From Candidatus Lokiarchaeum ossiferum (GTDB lineage: Archaea; Asgardarchaeota; Lokiarchaeia; Sigyniarchaeales; Promethearchaeaceae), in the NCBI GenBank assembly GCA_025839675.1, contig CP104013.1:2850001-2882000 (forward strand): a DNA stretch of 32,000 bases. The letters run 5' to 3'. The position numbers were made by a program, and so were the translations under genes. Every line of letters starts with the position of its first letter. The stretch's first letter is position 1. The notes beneath the pieces are model-generated. The model was given only the letters and a program-made list of their open reading frames with translations, did not search any database and was not told the DNA's origin. This document shows positions 25,958 to 32,000 of the stretch, piece by piece.

Positions 25958-26755
25958 ATGAAGATGGAAAACTTACTAAAAGGAAAAGTAGCAATAATTA
26001 CTGGAAGCGGTCGTGGGATTGGAAAAGGAATTGCGACATTATTTGTTCAACAAGGATGTAAAGTTACAATTAATGATATCGACCCAAAACCTTGTGAAGA
26101 GACAGTTGCCGAATTGAAAGCTCTTGGTGGAGATGTAATTGCCTGTCCAGCCGATGTTACTAATGTTGAACAAGTATCGAAAATGGTTGCAGATACCGTT
26201 GCAGCCTTTGGAAAGGTGGATATTCTTGTTAACAATGCAGGAACTAGTCGAGATGCCTTAATTCATAAAATGGATGATAAATTGTTACGATTTATCATTG
26301 ATGTAAACTTGAAAGGGACTCATGTATGTACTCAAGCTGTTTTGGCTGAATTCTTAAAAGAAGATCGCGATTTAGAATTTAAGAAAATCGTGAATTTCTC
26401 AAGTACTACTGGAGTGTCTGGAAACATCGGTCAAGCTAATTATGCAATTGCCAAAGGAGCAATTATTTCCTACACTAAATCTTGTGCCCGGGAGTTAGCC
26501 AGACATCGAGTCTGCGTAAATGCCCTAGCTCCAGGATTTGTAGAAACCCGAATGACTGCCGAAAAGAAACCCGGGATGAAATTAGGGATGCCCGCTGCAA
26601 TTCGAGGAATAGCAATTAATGCAATACCATTTTCACGCAATAAACGGGGAGGATTACCAGAAGATATAGCACGAATCGTGTTATTCTTCAGTTGTGATCT
26701 CTCTAATTGGGTAACTGGCCAATTATTATTGGGTGACGGTGGAGCAATGATCTAG
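25958..26755 (+). CDS. Classical SDR, 3-oxoacyl-(ACP/CoA) reductase FabG-like
   Basis: GKVAIITGSGRGIGKGIA, NNAG, SSTTG...YAIAKGA and PGFVETRM motifs. AGGAGGA lies upstream. ATG 25958 or 25964 could be the start. Confidence 0.9.
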   Translation: MKMENLLKGKVAIITGSGRGIGKGIATLFVQQGCKVTINDIDPKPCEETVAELKALGGDVIACPADVTNVEQVSKMVADTVAAFGKVDILVNNAGTSRDALIHKMDDKLLRFIIDVNLKGTHVCTQAVLAEFLKEDRDLEFKKIVNFSSTTGVSGNIGQANYAIAKGAIISYTKSCARELARHRVCVNALAPGFVETRMTAEKKPGMKLGMPAAIRGIAINAIPFSRNKRGGLPEDIARIVLFFSCDLSNWVTGQLLLGDGGAMI

Positions 26756-26822
26756 TTCTTTTTTTTTCTACCTTTTTATACTTCCAAAATTTATTTACAA
26801 GCCATATACTTACAAACCATAT

Positions 26823-27566
26823 ATGGGATTATTGGTCAAGCTAAAAAATAGCCAAAAAAAGCAATGGGATTTCTTACTTCAGTGTGCAAAAGAATCGCAT
26901 TTAGAAGAAAACTTAATTGCATTACCCTTTAATAGAGGAGGTTATGGTCTAATAGCCAACCCAGAACAGTCATCTTGGCAATCTTCCTTTACAAGTGTGA
27001 ATTGGGGATTGTTTCCAGACCAAATAATATTTATATTAGATTCACTTGAACAAGCAATGGAAATTGGCATTTTTTCTCCTATTGCTATCAAAATGGCTCA
27101 AGAATTTTGGCCCAAAGAATTGATATTGCAAGTTCCTATAAATAAATCCCACCCTCTATTTTCTAAACTCCAAAAAACTGTTTCACCTCAAATTTTAGAT
27201 ACCATTTTTCCCTCTGAGACAATCAAGTTAATGATCCCGAACGATCTTGTGTTTACCGCTTTTATTCAATTACTAAAAATCCATAAAGCTGTGCCGATAT
27301 TAGTGGGTATATATGCTCAAGATGGTTCAGGTGTTCCATGTGTTGATTCAACAAGATTTGCAGAATTATATACAGATAAACGAATAGGAATGATCTTGGA
27401 TCATGGCACACTTCAAAAGGGAAGGAACTTAAAAAGTGCCACAATTGTTGAATGTTTAGATGATGTGAACATAGATATTATCAAAGAAGGGTTAATTTCT
27501 ACCCAAGAGATTTCAAGTTTTATTGAAAAATGTGATGAGGAAGAATCTACTGATGATGAATTTTAA
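26823..27566 (+). CDS. Divergent YrdC/Sua5-like domain protein with acidic C-terminal tail
   Basis: By-eye collinearity with YrdC: ENLIALPFNRGGYGLIANPEQ (cf. viaYPTeavfGlgcDp), AQEFWPKELILQVP (cf. fWPGPlTlvl), PILVGIYAQDGSG (cf. PlvsTSANlSG). The conserved KxR and SxN residues appear to be missing. Ends in CDEEESTDDEF. Confidence 0.5.
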   Translation: MGLLVKLKNSQKKQWDFLLQCAKESHLEENLIALPFNRGGYGLIANPEQSSWQSSFTSVNWGLFPDQIIFILDSLEQAMEIGIFSPIAIKMAQEFWPKELILQVPINKSHPLFSKLQKTVSPQILDTIFPSETIKLMIPNDLVFTAFIQLLKIHKAVPILVGIYAQDGSGVPCVDSTRFAELYTDKRIGMILDHGTLQKGRNLKSATIVECLDDVNIDIIKEGLISTQEISSFIEKCDEEESTDDEF

Positions 27567-28083
27567 TTTAATCGTATCCACTGCACGATCTTATGAGCGA
27601 CAAGCAGAATGTGAATTATGGTTTAATCTCTTAGCGATCGGAGATGAAAATCCTATTTTTACTCAAACAGGCAATCCCGGACTAATTTTAGCCCAAACGG
27701 ATTGCGAACCCCGAAAATTAATCAAGCATCTTAAAGAAAGTGTGGAAGTTCATGATCCAAACTCAGTGAACTTCTTGCAAAAAATTTATCCAATCGATGT
27801 GGTTGTTCCAACCGAAATTGATCTTATCAGACAGGCAACTATTGATTTAGCAGCCAACCACCCGATAGCTAAGGATTCTAATTCCAAATTTCGAATCACC
27901 ATCCGAAAACGACAAACACGCTTGAAAACAAATGAAATTATTCCTGTGATAGCTGAAAGTTTTTCAAACCCAGTTTCACTCAAAGATTTTGATTGGAATA
28001 TACAGATTGAAATCATTGGAGAAAAAACGGGGATTTCCATTTTAACGGATCATGATTATTTCAAGTTAGTTAATGAAAACTAG
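27553..28083 (+). CDS. THUMP-domain RNA-binding protein (Tan1/COG1818-like)
   Basis: N-terminal ferredoxin-like FNLIVSTARSYERQAECEL, then FRITIRKRQTRLKTNEIIPVIAE...DFDWNIQIEIIGEKTGISIL, typical of stand-alone archaeal THUMP proteins. ATG 27553/27556 overlaps the upstream gene by about 11-14 nt. Confidence 0.75.
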   Translation: MMNFNLIVSTARSYERQAECELWFNLLAIGDENPIFTQTGNPGLILAQTDCEPRKLIKHLKESVEVHDPNSVNFLQKIYPIDVVVPTEIDLIRQATIDLAANHPIAKDSNSKFRITIRKRQTRLKTNEIIPVIAESFSNPVSLKDFDWNIQIEIIGEKTGISILTDHDYFKLVNEN

Positions 28084-28159
28084 ATATACAATTTTTTCCT
28101 ATCTTATTGACTCAATTTTACAAAAGTGAAATTTGAAGGATTGAAAGCAAGCCAAAAAA

Positions 28160-28300
28160 AGAAAGGAGAGAAGGCCCCGCATGAACAGCGAACCAATATG
28201 GTTCGTAAAAGGAGGAAACCCCACGAAGGGGCGAAATCAAGGTGACGTTTTCCACATCACCATCCAAAAAGACAAAATAAAATTCATGCGGCGACCATAG
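28160..28300. ncRNA. Candidate structured RNA (GC island with nested hairpins); alternatively a 39-codon micro-ORF (28181..28300, +)
   Basis: 47% GC (66/140, hand count) against 23-32% in the flanks. A 9-bp closing stem (28177-28185 / 28283-28291) encloses three perfect hairpins. T9 lies at 28381-28389 and A7 at 28154-28160. Strand and class are undetermined. Confidence 0.3.
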
Positions 28301-28380
28301 TTGTTTGTATGATTTATTGTTCCATTGATCAAAATTCAGCACTACTTGCGAGATTTAACCAATTCAAACAAAAATCTGGG

Positions 28381-28389
28381 TTTTTTTTT
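28381..28389 (+). terminator. T9 run downstream of the GC island (candidate terminator for a plus-strand transcript)
   Basis: GGG-TTTTTTTTT about 90 nt after the structured element, with no coding gene immediately upstream. Confidence 0.25.
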
Positions 28390-28528
28390 AAATTTTTTCC
28401 TCCATCATTTTTTGGAACGTTGCACCCTCGTTTTCAAGAGTCTAATACTAATTAAACAAGTTTTTCTAATAAATATTGACAATAGCCCAAAACTGACACT
28501 ATAGAACAAAAAAATTTTGAATTTTAGC

Positions 28529-28564
28529 TTTAAATACTCGAATATGACTTTTAGATTCATATTC
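28529..28564 (+). promoter_or_regulatory. TATA-like box TTTAAATA followed by an 8-bp inverted repeat (candidate promoter/operator upstream of the phosphofructokinase gene)
   Basis: TTTAAATA at 28529-28536 matches the archaeal TATA consensus. GAATATGA (28540-28547) and TCATATTC (28557-28564) flank a 9-nt spacer where a TSS would be expected. This would imply a 5' UTR of about 150 nt, which is long. Confidence 0.2.
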
Positions 28565-28714
28565 AAAAATATGTGTTCATGTGAATAGGAATGGATCTTA
28601 ATTAAAACAGCATTTTTTATATCTTACAAAGAATACCATGACGCAACTTTTTTGAATTTTCCCTCATTTGAAGGAATAATTAATGTTTTAGAATCTAGGA
28701 AATGATGGTCAAAA

Positions 28715-29944
28715 ATGGAAAAAATGCGAATTGGGATTTTAACTGGAGGAGGAGATTGCCCCGGATTAAATGCTGTTATTTACGGAGCTCTATTACGAGC
28801 ATATCGTGAAAAAAACATAGATGTGGAAATGGTCGGGATAATAAAAGGGTGGAAAGTCTTTGCAATGAATAAAGAAGATATTACACCTGAAATGGTAGAT
28901 CATTATACACAGGTTTTAGAAATTGGGGAATTGGATGATTTGCATACAAAAGGAGGGACGATTCTTTATACTTCTCGAACTAATCCTTTCAAAGCTCTAG
29001 CAAAAATCAAGGATCCTCAAGAGAAGGAAGCAAAATCGATTGAAATCGGCAAAGATCTCGCATCCAAATTTAAAATTTTAGGGATTGATGCGTTAATTAG
29101 TATTGGAGGAGATGATACCCAAGGAGTTGCTGCCGCGATGTACAAATATGGTAATGCAAAAGTCTGTGGATGCCCAAAAACGATTGACAATGATTTAGCT
29201 GGAACAGATTTCACCTTCGGGTTTTTCAGTGGAGCCCAACTTGCCAGCAATACCCTCGATAATTTAACCACAACAGCTCATTCCCACCAAAGGATTTTTA
29301 TAACCGAAATTATGGGACGCGATGCAGGATGGTTAACCTTGTATAGTGGTTTATCTTCTGGAGCGGATATTATTTTGCTTCCAGAAACTCCCTTCGATTT
29401 TGAAAAAAATATTGTTGATGTATTAAAAAAACGGGCAAATTCGGGCTATAAATACCACATGATTGCATGTTCTGAAGGTGCTTATCCTACAAAAGAATCT
29501 CTTGAGAGAGATTTCACCGTCATCACTCAAGAAGATATCGACAATTTACCTAAAGATTCCTTTGGTAACCCTGAACTACCAAAATTGGGAATTGCAGACA
29601 AAATTTCGAAAGAATTAAAGAATCGAGAAGATCTAATGAAATATTTCAATGATCGTCATGCTCATTATGAAATTCGGTCTGTTGTATTAGGACACACTAT
29701 GCGAGCGGGTACCCCAAATGTGTTTGATCGCGTTCTTGGGTTAAGATATGGATGGCATGCTTGTGATTATATTTTACAAGGGGATTATGGAAAGATGGCC
29801 GCTTTGAAAGGAACAGAAATTGTCCCTGTGGATTTAGTACAAGGTTCGAAAAAGGGATTAATTGATCCAGATTCAGATTTAATTCAAATTCGTAATGCGA
29901 TGACAAGTGTGAAACACAAATCCAAAGAAAAATTATTCAATTAA
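28715..29944 (+). CDS. pfp: 6-phosphofructokinase, PfkA family, PPi-dependent-type signature
   Basis: MRIGILTGGGDCPGLNAVI, IGGDDTQG, PKTIDNDL and MGRDAGW. Asp in GGDD and Lys in PKTIDND are the residues that distinguish PPi-PFK from ATP-PFK (GGDG / PGTIDND). ATG 28715 or 28724 could be the start. Confidence 0.88.
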   Translation: MEKMRIGILTGGGDCPGLNAVIYGALLRAYREKNIDVEMVGIIKGWKVFAMNKEDITPEMVDHYTQVLEIGELDDLHTKGGTILYTSRTNPFKALAKIKDPQEKEAKSIEIGKDLASKFKILGIDALISIGGDDTQGVAAAMYKYGNAKVCGCPKTIDNDLAGTDFTFGFFSGAQLASNTLDNLTTTAHSHQRIFITEIMGRDAGWLTLYSGLSSGADIILLPETPFDFEKNIVDVLKKRANSGYKYHMIACSEGAYPTKESLERDFTVITQEDIDNLPKDSFGNPELPKLGIADKISKELKNREDLMKYFNDRHAHYEIRSVVLGHTMRAGTPNVFDRVLGLRYGWHACDYILQGDYGKMAALKGTEIVPVDLVQGSKKGLIDPDSDLIQIRNAMTSVKHKSKEKLFN

Positions 29945-30040
29945 TTTTTTCCTTCTCTTTTTTCACAACATTTTGTAGATTCGATTTGTAATGAAACACT
30001 ATTAAGGTTGATTTTTTAAATTAAATACAAGTGATATATT

Positions 30041-31384
30041 ATGAGTGATGATAAGAATAAACCTACAACCGAAGAGGATGCACCAACTAAATCGCCTTTA
30101 CTTTCAGCAGAGAAAGCAGAAGTTGCGAAAAAAGTCATTGTAAAGTCAATTCTTTGGATAACTATGCTCGGATTATTTGTAACCGTAATCGGAGGCATTT
30201 GGGCAATTGGAGATATATTTTCTCAAGAGAAATTCTCAAATTTCACAGAATTAACAATTCAATCACAGTTATTTATAACTGGTTTAATATTGTTAGGTAT
30301 TTTCTTCTTAGTTCTGTTTTTAGTTGTGCTGTATAAGCGTGGAAAGAAGAATTTAATGGAAAGTCTTTTCAAGGAAGCTCCAGAAAAAGAAGTGAAAACT
30401 GCAGATGAGTATTTACCTGCAAAAATAATTACTGCAGGTGCTTTAATTTCATTTTTCACAATATTTGTTGGTTTAATAGTCGCATTTCTTATGTTTTTAA
30501 TTGATGCAACAGTTTTTACTGACGAGTTAGGTTTTTGGAGTTTCATGAGAGAATTAACCGGAGGTTCCATAGTTTTGATAATTGGACTAATTGTTCTTCT
30601 CTTAGATGGGTTAATATATGGTATGATTTATATTTGGCAAAATGGATATTATCTTCTAATCAACAAAATCCTACGTTATAACCAGAAAGTAGAAGAAATT
30701 CATGATTTTTCAAAGAATGAACGGATTACAGGCAAAATTGTTTTTGGAATATTGGTTTTGATTCTTGTTGGAATCGTATTTGGTATTGTGTGGACTATAA
30801 TTGAATCATTTTCAAGCGATTGGGGAACGACATTCCGTGAAGATTATATCTTTGGGGTTCAATTATCAATAATTGGATTTTTTGGAACTCTATCATTTGG
30901 AACCATGATATCAGCTATGTTTATCTATAAATGGGGGAACAATGTGATTATGAAAGCACTTTTTATCCAATATACCCCTAAAGCTACTACTGAAGATAAC
31001 CTTCCAGCTAAAATTCTCGCAGTTGGGATATTAATCGCCATCGTTTTACTTGCTTCATCTCTGATCATTTGGATAATCACTTTGATCATCGATGCCTTAA
31101 GTTCTGGAAGCGGAGAAAATATTTTTGCAGCACTGGCTGCTTTGAGTGGAGGGTTGGCTTTACTTGCATATTCACTCATTACCGAAATATTTGTGATTTT
31201 AATACTGCTTTTTATTTTCTTCCTCCATAATGGTTACGCTTTCACTCTTCTAAAAATAATGAAAACAGAATCAATTATTGATTCTGGATTAGAAGAAAGC
31301 AAAATTCGAGCTCAAGAAAAGAAACAACAGCGTTTGAAGAAACGGGAAGAGAAGAAAACAGAAAAAAAGCCCTCTAAAAAGTAA
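30041..31384 (+). CDS. Polytopic membrane protein (about 8 TM) with internal duplication and Lys/Glu-rich C-terminal tail
   Basis: 447-aa ORF with alternating hydrophobic helices. Charged N-terminus (MSDDKNKPTTEEDAPTK) and tail (RAQEKKQQRLKKREEKKTEKKPSKK). No family recognised. Confidence 0.8.
   Translation: MSDDKNKPTTEEDAPTKSPLLSAEKAEVAKKVIVKSILWITMLGLFVTVIGGIWAIGDIFSQEKFSNFTELTIQSQLFITGLILLGIFFLVLFLVVLYKRGKKNLMESLFKEAPEKEVKTADEYLPAKIITAGALISFFTIFVGLIVAFLMFLIDATVFTDELGFWSFMRELTGGSIVLIIGLIVLLLDGLIYGMIYIWQNGYYLLINKILRYNQKVEEIHDFSKNERITGKIVFGILVLILVGIVFGIVWTIIESFSSDWGTTFREDYIFGVQLSIIGFFGTLSFGTMISAMFIYKWGNNVIMKALFIQYTPKATTEDNLPAKILAVGILIAIVLLASSLIIWIITLIIDALSSGSGENIFAALAALSGGLALLAYSLITEIFVILILLFIFFLHNGYAFTLLKIMKTESIIDSGLEESKIRAQEKKQQRLKKREEKKTEKKPSKK
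30128..31273 (+). repeat. Protein-level tandem duplication (two units of about 197 aa, each about 4 TM) within the membrane protein gene
   Basis: Collinear motif pairs at a constant offset of 196-198 aa: KSILWITMLGLFVTVIGGIWAIGDIFS/KIVFGILVLILVGIVFGIVWTIIESFS; LYKRGKKNLMESLF/IYKWGNNVIMKALF; EYLPAKII...FLIDA/DNLPAKIL...LIIDA; LTGGS...NGYYLLINKI/LSGGL...NGYAFTLLKI. Confidence 0.6.
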
Positions 31385-31387
31385 TTT

Positions 31388-31409
31388 GAGATTTTATCTC
31401 ATTTTTTTT
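31388..31409 (+). terminator. Hairpin plus T8 terminator after the membrane protein gene
   Basis: GAGAT-TTT-ATCTC stem-loop begins 4 nt after the TAA stop and is followed by A-TTTTTTTT. Confidence 0.5.
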
Positions 31410-31634
31410 CATCTTTATCATTACAATATTAAATAAATTGCAGTATTCCATTAGTTTTATTCCTTGAAGTATCGAGAAAAATTCAAACTGAAATCAAACT
31501 AGTAGTTAAAGTAAAGATAGCTCCGCGTGTTTAAATCAACATATCCCCATCATTTATATGGATTGGATCTTTTCAAATCACGAAACCATTTCTACCAAAA
31601 ATCTTCCGATTTACATTAATGATACGTGATAATA

Positions 31635-32000
31635 ATGAGTGACCCACGAAAAACACCTCTTTCAGCCATGCATGAAAAACTAGGGGGAAAGATGGTTGAT
31701 TTTGAAAACTGGTATATGCCAGTTAAATTTGATGGAACAAGTGTCAGTGATGAACACTTATGGACTCGTGAACATTGTGGAATCTTTGATATTTGCCACA
31801 TGACCGAATTCATGCTTGAAGGTCCAGATTGCATTCCATATCTAAAACATATGATGTCAAATAGTATAAATATTGTTGATAATCAAGCACAATACCAACA
31901 TATGTGCTATCCAGAGGGAGGCGTTGTCGACGATTTATACATCTACCGAGAATCTGCAGAAAAATTCCGAATCATTGCCAATGCTCAAACATATGAAACC
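31635..32000 (+). CDS. gcvT: Glycine cleavage system T protein (aminomethyltransferase), N-terminal part; continues past the right edge
   Basis: Own translation from ATG 31635: MSDPRKTPLSAMHEKLGGKMVDFENWYMPVKFDGTSVSDEHLWTREHCGIFDICHMTEFMLEGPDCIPYLKHMMSN...QYQHMCYPEGGVVDDLYIY. This is the classical GcvT N-terminus (TPL...H..LGAKMV.F.GW.MP..Y...i.EH...R...G.FDvSHM). Open to the window end, hence missing from the ORF track. Confidence 0.9.
   Translation, partial: MSDPRKTPLSAMHEKLGGKMVDFENWYMPVKFDGTSVSDEHLWTREHCGIFDICHMTEFMLEGPDCIPYLKHMMSNSINIVDNQAQYQHMCYPEGGVVDDLYIYRESAEKFRIIANAQTYET

Noticed and set aside
28177-28291. Whether the four-helix element is a tRNA (possibly intron-containing), RNase P RNA or SRP RNA
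   Set aside because: The closing stem is 9 bp. No hairpin has a 7-nt T-loop (GTTCRANYC) adjacent to the 3' strand, on either strand. GGAGGAAACCCC only loosely resembles the RNase P CR-I GAGGAAAGUCC, and the GC-rich segment (~140 nt) is too short for RNase P or SRP RNA. No C/D (RUGAUGA...CUGA) or clear H/ACA arrangement was found.
28118-28342. 74-aa minus-strand ORF across the GC island
   Set aside because: The peptide has no domain-like features, and both strands are open here simply because the region is GC-rich. The structured-RNA or plus-strand 39-codon ORF interpretations explain the region better.
31385-31634. Possible glycine riboswitch or other leader upstream of gcvT
   Set aside because: The 250-bp spacer is AT-rich with no conserved-looking helices. 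Glycine riboswitches are bacterial, and nothing resembling their core was seen.
1120-31834. Remaining short track ORFs nested in or antisense to larger genes (e.g. 1120..1317, 6593..6916, 7148..7384, 7858..8076, 10923..11156, 12908..13117, 13800..14015, 16174..16356, 16803..17120, 17784..17984, 19604..19798, 20657..20964, 24367..24660, 24808..25053, 25336..25521, 26047..26235, 27262..27444, 27786..28040, 29017..29271, 29697..29906, 30016..30570, 30925..31179, 31616..31834)
   Set aside because: Each is fully overlapped by a longer ORF with clear family motifs on the other strand or frame. 31616..31834 is antisense to the gcvT N-terminus. None shows domain-like sequence.
1-32000. Scan for CRISPR arrays, IS elements/transposases, integrases, prophage or toxin-antitoxin/defence genes
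   Set aside because: No regularly spaced direct repeats, terminal inverted repeats or recognisable mobile-element or defence protein motifs were seen. The window looks like core chromosome.

Overview
AT-rich archaeal chromosomal segment (about 30-35% GC by eye, with local GC-rich islands) carrying about 32 protein genes on both strands. I saw no rRNA, tRNA, CRISPR array, transposase or integrase. Archaeal origin is supported by CDP-archaeol synthase (CarS), a tungsten-type aldehyde:ferredoxin oxidoreductase, a four-subunit G-D-A-B 2-oxoacid:ferredoxin oxidoreductase operon, a ZPR1-type zinc-finger protein, a Tan1-like THUMP protein and oligo-T terminators. Composition and gene content resemble Asgard/Loki-type genomes, but that is only a guess. 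Most content is anaerobic core metabolism: Fe-alcohol dehydrogenase + SCP2 + AOR; MetV-MetF and (at the right edge) GcvT for C1 metabolism; the OFOR operon; a thiolase + two SDRs operon; a PPi-type phosphofructokinase; a carS-nudix-alpha/beta-hydrolase lipid-related operon; an M20 peptidase; a GPH/MFS transporter; a GNAT. Items worth a second look: (1) a MoxR AAA+ / CoxE-type VWA / 686-aa TPR gene trio. The VWA gene is preceded by 51 stop-free, start-codon-free codons that connect to the MoxR frame through an A_AAT_TTT slippery heptamer, indicating either -1 frameshifting or an assembly indel. (2) A 47% GC island with nested perfect hairpins and a 39-codon ORF inside a 631-bp spacer (candidate ncRNA or micro-protein). 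(3) A heavily sequon-laden secreted protein ending in a PGF-CTERM-like anchor. (4) An 8-TM protein built from an internal duplication of about 197 aa. (5) A degenerate YrdC-like gene overlapping a THUMP gene. (6) An atypical SDR with a disrupted glycine motif. All homology calls are by-eye motif recognition; no searches were run.
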